Assembly: GCF_006345805.1 (NCBI RefSeq)
Contig: NC_042999.1
Location: 71,982,001-72,046,000 of the forward strand
DNA length: 64,000 nucleotides
Source of the DNA: Octopus sinensis
Lineage: Eukaryota
Direction: 5' to 3'
Shown: positions 1 to 14,500 of the stretch, in pieces
How positions within the stretch are numbered: position 1 is the stretch's first letter
How the letters are laid out: each line of letters opens with the position of its first letter
Made by a program: the position numbers and the translations under genes
Notes under the pieces: model-generated
Seen by the model: the letters and a program-made list of their open reading frames with translations, nothing else
The model's database searches: none
Told to the model about the DNA's origin: nothing

Positions 1-3000
1 AGAAATATTGAATAAAGTATTCTATCTAAAATATCAACATAACACCCATAGCTTTTCGATATTTTACATTTGAATTATGTTCAAATGAAGATAAGAAAGA
101 CAATTGGTTTCATTCTCTGATCCGTAAAGCAAAACAAATCATTTCTTACAGATTTATAATTTACAAAGATCAGCGCGTGAACTTTATCGTATATGAAACT
201 TAGAACATTTTACTAATGCAAAATGTCCATACAAGTTTTATTGTTATAACTAATCATTTGTGTGAATTCACATTCTTCCATAAGAAAATATCAGAATATT
301 GAACGTCATAAGATTTTTTCTAGTTCGCTAAACCTAAATCAGTAAGGGACAATTCAATTATATCAATTTTCAAATGTTCTATTTATTTAGTAAAATACCA
401 TTTCTAACACGTTCTAAATTTAGAGAAAACATTTTACATTATTATTGAATTTATAGGCATAATCTGTACGCGTAGTAATCAATTTTTAAACATTTGATTT
501 CATTGAAACACTGCAGAATATTTTCTTTCCATAAAATGTTTCTAGTAAGGGGCAGCCCCTTGGAGCTAATTGCTTTCCAAGCTACACCGCATATCTAAGA
601 TACAAACTGAACTCAGTACTCCACTGTTCAGAATATTTAATAGCTCTTATATGCATATATCTAATACTAGGCTGACAGAGCTAATGAGAACTAATTACTT
701 TATCTAAAAACAGTTAATAACCGTATATTAAAAGTCTATACTTGAGTCGGCCTCAATGGAACCAAAAGTAAATTGATACCATATTTACTGACTAGAAGTC
801 ATAAATGGTTGAATACAACTCGATGATTATTCCAGATAATTCATTAACCATGGAGTACGTAACATAAAATCTATAATTTGAACAGCAAACGATGGGACTC
901 TGGAGTAGATGTAAATAATTTATTCTTGTCTTCGTAATGTCAGTTAACTAGAATATAGAATCTAATTTCGTTTAGAAATGATCCAGATATATTACTAGTA
1001 AGCATTTTTGAGACTTCATCCGTATGAAACATTTTTTCCATGGCTTGGTCAGACAGGAATGGCAGCGTTTAGTATCGCATCAGTGTCTCTTATACTAGTG
1101 GTAGAAATGAAGAAATCACGATTCATTACGTTTATTCCACCATGGAGATCCTCACTCTTCTTGTCAGTTCATTTTTACTTACAAGGTTTCGGTCGTCTGG
1201 AGGCTATTGTAGACGTCAGTTACACAAACCACTACGCGGTCGAGTCCAAAGCAAAAGCAAATCGATCATAGTGAATGTGATGGCCAGCAGGTGATCACTG
1301 ACCCTCTACAATAACTGCCCATTTGTAAATAATATGAATTCCACAAATGATATAATCACATAAAGAAAGCTATAGCTAATGCTTCTGGAGTTTTATTGAG
1401 TGTTGTTATTGTTTAGTCCCAGTCTACGCTGATCGACTTTACCCAGCAATGCAGTCATGCAGTCCTAGTTTTCTTCTACAGATACAGTTATTCTGGAATG
1501 TAGCCTTCCATTTGTAAGATTGTATTGTGTGAAGTAGATGAGATTTCCTTACCATTTCTGAATAATTGAATGCCTCTGTGGCGAGCGTAGAGTTATTACT
1601 CCTAGTAAATGTTTCTGCTGCTCTAAAGTTCCAGCAGACCTAGAGAAACCAACTTAAGATTCTGCTCCATTTCCATCCGATTTCAGGCCCCGAGTTTACA
1701 TTTCGAGCATATTGGAGCAGAACGAACACAGAGATCTCAGAGGAACAGAGTCAATCATGAATATATGTGTGAGAATGCATAAATATTATATTATAGTTTG
1801 CCGAATTACGTATATATTTTAATTAATTTGGTAGTTTGGAGTTCAACAAGCTTTCGTTAATATCAGTACTTTTGAAGTAGAGGATAAAACTCTCACCTTT
1901 TATTTTATCTGAATACAACATGTAGTTGGAAACCGACTGTCAAATCAATAATCCAAATTTTCCCTAAACATTATTATATCACTCAAAATTCCTTATGGCA
2001 TCTGAGTACGTTACTTTATATTCAAAGCTTAAAACTCGCCGAGATCAAACTTGTCTGTTATATCTACGGAGCTCCATAAATGCTGTTTTAACGTTTACTA
2101 TTTTCATATTCTCGTAAGCGCATCCTCTCTTTTTATTTATAAGCTAATTTATCATTAATTCTCTATTATTTATTGTACTGAGCATCTTATCTTCCTCTGC
2201 AGACAATGTAAATACATATGCGTAGGCGCGCGCACGCGTGCTATTACTACTACTTTTAAGGCTACGAGCAGGTAGAAGATTGAAAGTTAACTATGTTATA
2301 TAGTTTGGCTTAAGCGTCAGCGTTTCTGTGAGCATGGTGTATTTCGGTGGGTGCCTTATTTCAGATGTAAGACGTATATTCTTTAGCTGTTGTATTTATG
2401 GAAATCATATAAATGGGATATAAATGTATGTCTGCGTCATATTATGAAATGTGTTAAACCACATGACTGTGCATATGCTGAAACGGTATGGCAGCGGTGA
2501 ATTAGAAAATATATTTTATAAAACGAGAGCTATCCAATTTATTGTTTGGAAAATGGCATTTGTTCCTGTGTGGAGGTGATAATTATTATTATTTATGAGG
2601 GAAGCGTGCAGGCAGAATCATTAGCACGCTGGATAAAATGCTTAGCGACATTTCTTTTGACTTTACACTTTGAGTACAAATTTCACCGTGGTCGACTTTG
2701 TCTTTCATCCTATCGGGGTCGATAAAATCAGTGGGTGAATGAAATCCCACTTCCCACCAAAGTCCAGGCTTTGTGCTTATAATTAAAAGGATTATTAATA
2801 TTTAAGTTGCAAAATATTATTTGACGGTGAAAGAAAACTTTTCAATAGTCTTCGCATGTGAATGCATGAAGCAATTACTACTTTTTGTTTATTTCAATAT
2901 TTTAGTTTCGTACTACAGAAGTGATCAACCTTCTATGGCTCAAATACTACATAACACATTTCATTCAATATAATTTTTATCTAAGTATCTAAATGTTGTA

Positions 3001-3181
3001 GATAATCCGCTTTGCATTATTATAAATATGAATGCTAATAGTATCGTTTCTTAAATTGATTGACAGTCAGTTATATACAACCAGTGCTGGTGAATGTGTT
3101 CTTGAATTTTCTAGTTGTCTAAGGGACAAGAAAATTTCTGCATTTTGATGATTTTTTTTGATGTCGGTGGTTCAAATGTTC

Positions 3182-3185
<4 letters not shown>

Positions 3186-3214
<29 letters not shown>

Positions 3215-3332
3215 TGTATGTATGTATGTATGTATGTATGTATGTATGCATGCATGTATGTATGTATGCATGCATGTATGTATGTATGTATGTATGTATG
3301 TATGTATGTATGTATGTATGTATGTATGTATG
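3186..3332 (+). repeat. (TATG)n microsatellite; similar arrays at ~14376-14421, 27016-27080, 27853-27950, 31757-31812, 37759-37870 and 38546-38670
   Basis: Direct reading; the source of the MYVC-type spurious ORFs. Confidence 0.95.
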
Positions 3333-4505
3333 TGTTAATAGATACTAGTGCTAGAGTATAACTGAAGGAGTGACAATATTGAGTAGCATATTTTCAGCGA
3401 ATTTGGGGGATAAAGATTTTCCTGTGCATATACCCAAGATGTTCAAATATGATGGATTGCGTGTAACTATGATAGATAGTACCTTCTTTGAAACCTCTAG
3501 AAAGCAGATACTTGTTATTACTGTTCTAGTCATGATACCTTATCGTAATTGCTGCGATTTGTTTGCGCAAATCAGGAGATAAGTCACTAAGTTAGTGACC
3601 AAGCCACTTAGTGAATTGTTGTTTATATGTAAGGCTTGCATCGCTCGCTTTGAATTTTGGGGATTAACTCTGAATGGCATAACGAAAGATTTGATTACTT
3701 TGAGGGCAACTATTTACGTTTTAGTTTTAGATCTTTGAGCATTTTGGCTACATCGTTCTTGAACTCATCACACACTCACACACTCATAAAACCAATAACA
3801 CGCACTTATACGTATGATACTAATACTTGTGAGCCTTGCTTCTGTCAGCTTGCCAGACATCAAGATGTTGCCAACTTCCTGTCCAGCCACGCGGGTCAGG
3901 AAATTCTCTTTTCTAATGCTTCTGGTGTCACTGAAATGCTAATCTTATTTCTAACAGCAGTATGTGACCCGCCTTGACCAGCAGCAGCTCACCGTCCAGT
4001 AGCCAACTTGGACTCCCTCTAGCCGCTTTCGATTTCGTATGTTTATTCATTCAGCAATATAAGTCTGGACCATCCGGGTTTCTGTTAGAAGCCTGCGAAA
4101 CTTTCAATCGCATCGTGTCGAATCAAACGGCTTTAAAAATAATATATGCATGTGTACGTGTGTGTGTGTGTGTGTCTGTATGTGTGTGTGTAAGAGAGAG
4201 AGAGAGAGAGGTGGGGAGAAATTGAAAGAGATGGAATCACCAGTCGAAGGTGACGTATGCTTCTTGCTCAATGACCTGCACAAATGATACTTTATATTTA
4301 TCAAATGCTCACTGCCTTCATTCATTTGTTATTGGGTGTACATGTACACAAACGTAACATACGTCAAGTGTCGAAATAATTTCCGAGCAACCTCAAATGG
4401 AATACTTTACTCAAGATGTAACTAGACATTTCTTCGCTTGCTTTCTTCTACTTTCTTTCTACTTGTGTACAACATTGCTTCAAGCGAACTACAACGCTCA
4501 TATAT

Positions 4506-4542
<37 letters not shown>

Positions 4543-4814
4543 TATTCCGAAATAATTATTTTCGAAATTTTTTCTCTTATGAGGTTTTCACGCTATCTAC
4601 CTGACAATTTCTTGTTAAGTTTTCCTTATTAAGTAGTTGTCCTTAATTGCTAAATTTTTATTCCGAAAAAACTTTTCCTTTCCCGAAATGCAATTCGTAA
4701 AAGTATGCCATTTACAGGATGTAATATATGTAAACTCACCCATGTGCTTCGTTGATGTTGATCAGTTAGCTGATCGGCTTAAGTGGGACAGGGTCGTTTA
4801 TTTATGATACATTC

Positions 4815-4862
4815 AGGCCTGCTGATGAATACGTAAGTATGAAATCACTGTGATACAGGTCT
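4815..4862 (+). ncRNA. Type I hammerhead ribozyme motif, apparently intact (probably Penelope-derived)
   Basis: AGGCCTG-CTGATGA-ATAC gtaa GTAT-GAAA-TCA ctg TGA-TA/CAGGTCT: 7-bp stem I (one G.U), canonical core, 4-bp stem II, stem III, AUA cleavage triplet (cut after 4855). Folded by eye; activity untested. Confidence 0.75.
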
Positions 4863-6316
4863 ATATTTTTTAAATGTCTTACTTTGATAATTGCATTCGG
4901 TAGGATTAGTAATATTTTTGGTAGAAATGACTAATTGTCCCTCTTAGCGTGTGGCATGTATGTATAATGCCCTCTGGCATGTATGTATAATGCCCTCTAT
5001 ATATAAATAAATATATATAAAACAGGTATTAATACTTTTTATGTTGAAAAGGAAACTATACACCCATCAGCAATATAGCCATCAATGTTGTGAAATCAAA
5101 TATAATGGAGAATATGCCATATCTGTTTGTAATATCCCTGAGGAAAGAATAAATGGTGATTCGCCTAACGTATTTCGATATCACAATTCTGTTTAGACAA
5201 CTTATGCTCTCATTTTCCTATACTTCGAAACCACTCTACCAATATTTTCTTTATATTGTTTTTATTCTCTTTCCTGTTTTTGTTCACGGAGAATTTTTTT
5301 AATATACAAGCCTTTGTTTATAAGTCAAATGATTCGATTACACATCTCGATATACGTTAAAACTTATTACCGCTTGATGCCATATCTTCTATATCATATA
5401 TCCATTATCTGAAATACACTTTATCTCTGCATCAGCATTCAATTATTTTAGCAAGTTGCTAGCAAATAAATATTCATTCTAATTAGAGTTAATGGTATCT
5501 TGGAGTCATTACTTTTAGTTACATTATAAATAACTATATGATATATATGTCTCCTTGGTCATCAAATTGTGGGTGCATGACCTCTGAAAAGAATTGCAAT
5601 TAAGCTCACAACCAATCAAATGAATTTCGTCTTCTCTTTTTATGGAGATAAACAGAAAACAGTTTCTATACAACACGGCGAAGGAGGAAAAGTACTTCTA
5701 CTGATTCAAAGGCTATGTGCTTAGTTGGTATGTGTATAGACACACACATACACAGTCTATAGATACATAAATTCTTACACACACATATGTACACACACGC
5801 ACACACATTTACTATGGGTGTCGAAATTCTGGTGATATTCAGTAAATAACTGATGATGATGATGCGAGAACACAACTACATGGAAACAGTCCTTCTCGCA
5901 AAACGAATAGCAGTTCAAAATAACTTAATGAATTTTCTCCAGTCGGAAGATAAACTCTACTACCTTAATGTCTTAAAATTCAAATCGACATGTTTGTCTA
6001 TATTTCTACCTTCTCTATAATGTCATCAATTAATATGAAAACTATGTATTAATGGAAAACCTCTATAAATGGCTGATGATTGCTCAACATTTTAAAACTG
6101 TTGTAATACTTACAATATTTAATAAAATGATGTAGCGTGAAACGATCGTACCAAATTACCGAAGTTATTCTTGTTGCTTATTTTGATTATAAACACCCCA
6201 TGGATTTATATGGATAACACCATACAAAATTCTGGTGCATCTAACTTAAGTACCATATTCATTTGAATCTAAATTCTGCTGAACTTATATATATATCATT
6301 TTACTGTTTTTTCCAG

Positions 6317-6428
6317 CCTACAAATGTCCGTATCCCACAGACGAATGCGTTTGTTTTGATATCTCAATGAACTGTACAAATCGTGGCCTTTTTCATGTTC
6401 CTAATAACAATGAAGGATCAATTCAGTT
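6317..6428 (+). CDS. GRL101: LGR exon: LRR N-terminal cysteine cap (phase 1 to phase 2)
   Basis: ttttccAG|cctacaaatgt...attcagtt|GTAAGT, 112 bp, [36 protein letters not shown] (CP..C.C....C..RGL..VP cap). Confidence 0.85.
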
Positions 6429-6807
6429 GTAAGTATTCAGAAACATCCAACAATTAAATAATTTATTATATGTACTTGTGAGTGTACGTTAAGGTGTATT
6501 TGACCATACAAATGGAAATTGTTCTGCTATTTATATTTGCTTTAACATTTTTAGATAAGTTTTTTCTCCTTCTGTTATTTTTCTTTGGATACTGTCACTG
6601 TTCTCTTTTACATACATCTGCTAACACTAAGACTTTGTTATATAAATTATGTTTTAGCGTGCAATACGACTGCAGCGTGAAGGTTTTATGTGGGAGATTC
6701 GTATCCTGTCTTCGATGCTGCATTACGACTTTAACAAAGATATACGATACACACGTAGTCTCTTTGTTAGCTACAGTTACTTGTAGGTGGATACGTTTAG
6801 GGTGACC

Positions 6808-6853
<46 letters not shown>

Positions 6854-7271
6854 TTTGTGTGTGTGTGTGTCTGTCTGTCTGTCTGTTTTATCGATGTACA
6901 GTATTTATTGTTCGACATTCTTAGCTGGGAATTTGAAAAGAAAAATGAAGAAAATAAATGCATAGAAAGCATATTTTCTATGCATTTAGTATCTACCACT
7001 GTGTAAAACTTTCCTAGGTCTGAATAAGGAAGCAACATGTATTTTTAACTGATCGATCCACGTATATCTTGCTAAGAACAGAAGTATACACCTGGGTGGA
7101 AAGGGTCACAGAAGAGATCACAAATGTCTGACGAAAGATTCCCAGACAAAGGGACATGGATGATGGTGTAGGTACTGGGAAGTGGTTAGTGCTAGTGTGT
7201 GCGCTGATGTGGGTGCTGGGAAGTGGTCAGTGTCTGTGCGAGTGCATGTGTGTATGTGTGTGTGTGTATGT

Positions 7272-7314
<43 letters not shown>

Positions 7315-8366
7315 ATAGGTGTAAGAGATGTAGGGAGAGGGGAGAGAGATATAGAGAATGTAAGTAAAGCGTGAATATTTATGCAAATTGCTTATATATT
7401 AGATATTGGAATTGATTAGTAATTTTCAAAATGACACACTCATAGCATTTACACTCGTACAAATTCGTATAGACGTTTATCATTTGTTTGATTATTGTTT
7501 TAGATATCACATATACTGATCAGACAGAAGTAATACGCGTACGCATGTGAGTGCGTTTATTTATATATGAAATTATGTATACATGTGTGGTATTGTGGGT
7601 TATTTCTTTTTGTGAATATCCATCTTTATTTGGCGGTGTCACTGCCTATTACGTTTAGTCGAGTATACAATATAAACTCTTGGTAAATATTTCATGTAAT
7701 AAACGGAACGCAAAAGATGCAAAATTATTTTTACCATTCAGCTTATTACACTGTATTTGATGCTTTTGAGAATCAGGAAGGTTACAGGTAACTATGTCGC
7801 TATAATTACAGACTCAAAACAACAATTTTAGTTTCCTCTGGTACATAGTCAACTGCAAAGTTCATGATAATATATGTGGTTTTTGTACGAAGTGACACTG
7901 TTTCCACATAGTTAACGGTTGCTTGGAATATAAAGTCTATTGAAGAGTTTCATTTTTCATCAAATACGCATTCGAAGCTGCTTACTTCTCTCTTCCAATC
8001 CTCAGAAGTTAACATAAAGCGAAAGCATTTGTGCAAAGTGTGAACAAGATTGCTTATAACTCAACTAGGCGTACAGGGTGTGACCTATGAATACAGTATA
8101 TAAGGAGTCCACAATAATGTTTAATATATAATCATTCCCGTTTTCTGTGAAAAGGAATCCTTGATTAAACCACAAATGTTTCAGAAACTTTGTATGAGAT
8201 GTGACCCAAATAATTTGCCCTATTATGGAGTTAAGAAGCGTAGATCTATTTACAAAACACATAATTAAGGCTATGGGTAGCTCAACATAATTAAAATAAT
8301 GTCACAAGTATGTGTATATATGTGTGTGTGTATGTGTGTGTGTTTGTGTGTATGTAAATGTATATA

Positions 8367-8423
<57 letters not shown>

Positions 8424-8447
8424 TTAAATACATACATAGATACACTC

Positions 8448-8519
<72 letters not shown>

Positions 8520-8561
8520 AGTGCGTGTGTATGTAGAAGGTTGAAAAGGAACACCGAGTTG

Positions 8562-8595
<34 letters not shown>

Positions 8596-9391
8596 AAAAA
8601 TGTCGAGGTAGAGAATGCTAAAATAATTTTATAAAAAACAGTACCGGTTTCGGTCATTGAGACTTTTTCATCAGTCAGTATGGAAAAGAATTAAGTCGAG
8701 TGTCCATGGTACTTGCATTAGAAACTATAGTACATATCAGAGTTCTCCTTCAAACAGGGATAACGTTTCACAGTAAAAGGCAGCTTCACATTTGCTTCGG
8801 AGAACCTGAACTGTGAGATATGCGTCAATTTCATTGAAGGATCAGAGTTCTCCTTCAGACAGGGATAACGTTACCAAGTGAAAAGCAGCTTCAAATGTAT
8901 TTCCGAAAGCCTGGTATACGCACTAACCTGCTTTGGGCTTCAAGAGCAATACATAGACCAAACAAAAAACAGTCTATGTCAAAGGATGGTCTGCACACAT
9001 CCCAGATCAAAATTAAAAATAAATACGAATAGCATTCAGCCAACACATCGACATTTGCACCAATAATAATAATGCAAGCTTCAGAAGTTTTCCCCTCTAT
9101 CAATTCAGGGACGATACAACCTGTAGCCAACGAATTAGTAAAGAGACTCTCTTTATTACAAAATACAGACCCCTTTTGGACGCATCTGCAACAAATGACG
9201 TATCCACCACGACCTTAGAATAATACACACACAAATATTAAAAATGATACGTTCAAAAGAGATATCTCAAGAATTCAATCACCACTACCATCCACAAGTC
9301 ACTTTCAGCGCATTTGACCATTTAATATCCTACTACTATCATAGCACTCCCGCATTATCTTCTTCTTCTTCTTCTTCTTCTTCTTCTTCTT

Positions 9392-9422
<31 letters not shown>

Positions 9423-10044
9423 TTCTTCTTCCTCTTCTTCTTTCTTCTTCTTCTTCTTCTTCTTCTTCTTCTTCTTCTCCTCCTTCTTCTTCTTCTTCTT
9501 CTTCTTCTTCTTCTTCTTCTTCTTCTCTTCTTCTTCTTCTTCTTCTTCTTCTTTCTTCTTCTTCTTATTATTATTATTATATTATTATTATTATATTATT
9601 GAGTGAGAGAGCAGTGCATGCCATTAAAGTGACACTGGGGTAAAATATACGAAGCCCAATATACCCATCATGACTACCCGTCTGATAAAGGTACACCAGG
9701 CACATGCATCACAACCATATGTGCGCGACATGGTGATCTCATATCAAGATAAACAGCACATGACCTTGCAGGTGGGGCCCAGTTAGAATTTTCTTCAGGT
9801 TGAGTAGCCCATCCCGCTCAAAAGGTCCCTGAATAAGGGTTGTTTAAGGATGTTGAAGAACCACCCATGTTTCCAGAGGTGAATTATTCAAACCCCAAAG
9901 AATCCCTCTCAACACATGGCTATGATGCTCCCCCACTACTTCTGCTCGTGATCAGAGATGCACATATCGTCAGCCACTAAGGGACATGCTCAACTGGTTA
10001 AGATCAAACAACTGACAAGCAAATCTGTGGTATTGAGCAGAATA

Positions 10045-10110
<66 letters not shown>

Positions 10111-10355
10111 CATTATTATTATTCTCCCTCTTCTTCCTTTTCTTCTTCTCTGCCAAGAATTTACAAAGAATTTACAGAAGAGTAAACAAGAGAGACAGAG
10201 GCAGGCAGAAACAAGGAAAATGCCCTTGTATTTGAATACAAAACTTAATTGTTTTCCATAGTTACAGTTGAAAACGTTTCAATGACCGAAACCAGTACTG
10301 AAATGTTTTTTATAAAATTATTTTATCATTTTTACCTTGACTGATATATATATAT

Positions 10356-10405
<50 letters not shown>

Positions 10406-10586
10406 TTTTAACGTCCAGAGATACTGAATTCTAGGAGGAAATTCAACTCCAGGGTATGTATAATGAACATGTTGGTCACTAGAACCGTAACGAATCACAT
10501 ATAAGGATTCCCTTTTAATTTTGAAATACAAAAAGAGTTGGATCGATGAATTAATGGGAGACAGAATAATTACTGGCAATTCGTAT

Positions 10587-10642
<56 letters not shown>

Positions 10643-11456
10643 ACATGTGTGAGTGAATAAATTATATCTGGATGTAGCTTTTACGGTGTGTGCTCAATAG
10701 CCTCAAGACCCTTCATATAGCACATCATATATCTGTGCAGCATTTTAATACGAATTGCCAGTAATTATTCTGTCTCCCATTAATTCATCGATCCAACTCT
10801 TTTTGTATTTCAAAATTAAAAGGAAATACTTATATGTGATTCGTTACGGTTCTAGTGACCAACAAGCTCATTATAGATCCCCTGGAGTTGAATTTCCTCC
10901 TAGAATTCAGTATCTCTGGACGTTAAAATGCATTTGAAAATGTTCGCCTAAATGGTCTCCAGAATGGATAAATTTAATAAAATTAAAAACGTAAATTCTC
11001 ATTTACTCATTTGTTTATTTTATATTTATTCAGTCATCTCGCAGGGAACTTTCTAAACTACACACTTTCAGCTGATACCTTTAAGATATATGATCTAACC
11101 ACACTGTAAGTATTGTTAAATATTTTACATTTGTGCTTTTTTTAAAAATATATTATAGCTGTAGTGTGAATTTCATTATATTCTGTTAAATGACTCGTAA
11201 AATTTAAGACAACATCATTTTTAATTGAAGATGTAAGATGACATTGAGTTATCCGGTAATTTCAACAATTTGCCATTAAATTAGTAAATGATGCATAATG
11301 CTTGTCGAAATGAATTGTGTTGTAGTACAGGAAATTATTTCAGAAATATTGTGATATTGTTCTAGATTTCGAAATGCGCAATGATGAAAAAATATTCTTT
11401 TCAATTACAATTATATATGTATAAATGCGCTATTACACACACACACACACACACAC

Positions 11457-11505
<49 letters not shown>

Positions 11506-14500
11506 CAATAAAAATGAACTGGAATGTTCCTCAATGTTACCCAGCCAAAGTGGCGCATAATTGATAAAATACTATGAACTAAGAGACCCTGCAATCTGAA
11601 TACAAACAAAATAAAACAAATTTCGCATAAATCGGATTACGGGTTGTAGAGATATTAGGGTTTTTTCGGGATATAAACACCCCAAACAGTGCATAATGGG
11701 AAAATGCTCCGAAAATAACTTAACACTGAAAGTGAAGAAACACTAACCATTAGTGACTTGACAACAAAAAAATACGAGTTGCTTTTTACTGTAAAATTTT
11801 CTATTTTCGTTTTCGTTAAACACAATATTTTAATCCTTTAGAAATAGTTTTACGTGAATGTGATTTTAAAAATGTAAATTGCTTGTATAGTAAGTATATT
11901 TTAGCTTTCTTTAAACAGACAATATTTTAATGGTTTTAAAATGTATTTGCGAGTGAACAACATTACAAAAATTTGTTTTGGCATATTTAAAAAAATATTT
12001 TAAAGTGAAAATGACTTTAAAAATACGGTAGATATTTCGTAAAAGACTCGTTCGTAACCTCGGTATGAAATAAGTTTTGTCCATAGGTATTTTTTTAGTG
12101 CAATATTTGGCTGCTATTGCGGTGGGTTTGGAGGTAGGATACATTGAATGCACTCGATAAAAAAATGTAGAAAAATTATTTCACACCCAAGTACGAACGG
12201 GTCCTTTGCGAAATATTTACCCAAGATTGGGACCAGCATGGGAACAGAAGGGTCGATGAGACTGATAAAGCAAGGGTTGAGCGTCTGTCGGTATAGAGGG
12301 AAAGAGACAGAAGCAGGAGACATCATGAATCGGATGCGCATGTAAATACAAATGGAATAAAACACGTTTTGCGCAAGTCTGACCAGAGGTTACCGAAATA
12401 CGCGGTCCTTTCGCGTACCTTTATAAATAGCCAAACTGGCATATAATAGGGGAAATGCTTTGATAGTAAGGTACAATTTAAATGTGAATACGCACGGAGT
12501 AACAGAAGTTTCGCATAAATCAGACCACGAATTCCCGAGATACGCGGGGTTTTGGGTACCTTGAACTATTGGTGACCCAACGGGTCACGGGTAGTCTAGT
12601 AATATAAAACAGTATGCTACCAAATTCAACTTGTTGAATTTGTGTGCATTGGATATCTTTGTGCATTACATGCCATCTAAATTGTAGCAGATGTATTTGG
12701 ATTTTCTCACCAAAAGAAGCCGCTGGAAAATTTGCGGAAATAATGGCTCTGTAAGAATTAATTTCATGCAGAATGCCTCGTCTTTCGCTGCGCGTTTTGC
12801 ATTTGAAATCACATCACAATCCATACTACACTCCTTTCACCCAATTCTCTCACTCCAAATCAACTCCATTTTACCCTATCCGGCTTAACACTTTGCATTT
12901 CATTCACGCCAAGTGCTAAACAGGTGCTTGGAGCAAACAAGTCCGCTGACGCTCAATGCTTTACTTCCATACACTCAAGTGCTGCGTTCGAATCTTGCTC
13001 GCTCTATAGTCTTTCATTGACTACGAGATTATACTCAAATATTCGGAGAGATGACGCAAAGTAAACCACTCCAAGAAAGGCTCAACTTTCACTCAACCAA
13101 CTCTAGTCTTGTTTCTCTCATCTTTAACATCTTTAAGGTGATGCAGACAGCCATTAAGAAAGGCTTTTCCCTATACCTTGAAACTCGTTCTCTCCTAATT
13201 GATCACCAGCATGACTTCTGTGAAGCCAGATTCTGTCTCATGTCATATATTAATCGGTTCTCGTTTTAGAAAAGATCAGTGATATTAATATCATTGCCGT
13301 AGACACCATCGAAACTACAGTCAAAACTTCTTCCTACTTCTTCCAACAAGCTTTCATCTCTCGCATACGTAGCTTTCAATCTTCTTGCATTAGTGCAGCA
13401 TGTATTGACGGAGATTTCTTGGCCCCCGCCAATAAATACATATATATTTCCAGAAGTTTATCATTTAAGTTTATATGAGCATGTCAAGATATGCAAGTAT
13501 ATGTATGTGGAGACATACATAAAGCAACACATACAAGTCAGCACGTATGCATACATACAAAAATATCCTGTTGATGTTGTTGAAATTCCAATGAAAGAGT
13601 CTTGGATCTGCGTAAGAAACCGGTTCTTTCTGTGTTGGCAAGAAATCTTGAAATAAAACTGAATAATGACATACATACCTATAAGCATATATAAGCATAC
13701 ATATAAGCATATATACGTACATATATTATACATCCTTAAACGTATATATACATACACATATTATACATATATACATACATATATACATGCATGCATGCAT
13801 AAATACATGCATGCATACATACATGCATGCATACATACATGGTGGCTGCCCCCTCGTTATCGAGTATGGCCATTGCACGAAGCTTAATCAATGTTGTTAT
13901 CGTGCAATACCTGTGCAAGAAGTTTTTTTTTTTAGTGAGGAAAGGCTGTGCACTGAGTCAATCCCACTCACTAAGCAACAGCAGCCATAATCCGAAAAGA
14001 ACAAGTCAACATCATCAGTAACCACTGAGCCGCGGGTTTTATGTCGGAGTTATCCCAGTTACCTGAGTTACCTTCTTCTAGAAGGATGTCCTTCACTCCC
14101 AATGGTTTAACCGCTCGATCGGGTATTCAGTCCGATTATTTCTATGTCCCCGCACATGATACATCCTTAAGACATTTATTGGATGGCCGTTGACTCTCAA
14201 GAGCTCCTCCGCCCTTTGACGGGATTTGTTTTTCATCCCGCAGGGTATCCAGTAAACACCCTCCTCACCAAGCAAGCTTGGTGGGGTTGCCGGTCTAGTC
14301 GCCGACGACCCTACCATGCAACAGGTTGTACTTGGTTACATGTTACCAGTAGCACTCGAAAGTGACCTGATATAATACATACATACATACATACATACAT
14401 ACATACATACATACATACATACAAATAATATCTGAAACCACTGTTAGAGTGAGGTAACTTTGACCGAAATTGAGAAAAATAAGCTAAGATATAAAGATAC

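Larger units (their letters stand above)
8590..10340 (+). mobile_element. Penelope-like remnant with inverted terminal segment, interrupted by (TCT)n, (ATT)n and a 450-bp repeat
   Basis: 8878-9066 encodes [35 protein letters not shown] (degenerate GIY-YIG); ~75-bp direct duplication 8737-8810/8841-8913; 8590-8690 is an inverted copy of ~10250-10340, both with decayed hammerhead-like ..tcaatgaccGAAAcc.gta. Confidence 0.65.

Noticed and set aside
3333-4110. Possible 5' segment of the ACAT-associated LINE on the minus strand
   Set aside because: It abuts (ACAT)n and looks LINE-like, but no diagnostic motif was recognised; needs a repeat-library search
4953-4998. 23-bp direct duplication ggcatgtatgtataatgccctct
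   Set aside because: Ordinary slippage duplication with no sign of function
1-6316. Searched for LDLa or signal-peptide exons
   Set aside because: No C..F.C...CI.....CDG..DC.D.SDE pattern seen; ORF 1008-1271 has no recognisable motif
13841-13900. HDV-like ribozyme at the end of the 540-bp repeat (GGTGGCT/GGCCATT as P1)
   Set aside because: No P3, L3 or P1.1 could be built, and the second copy mismatches P1
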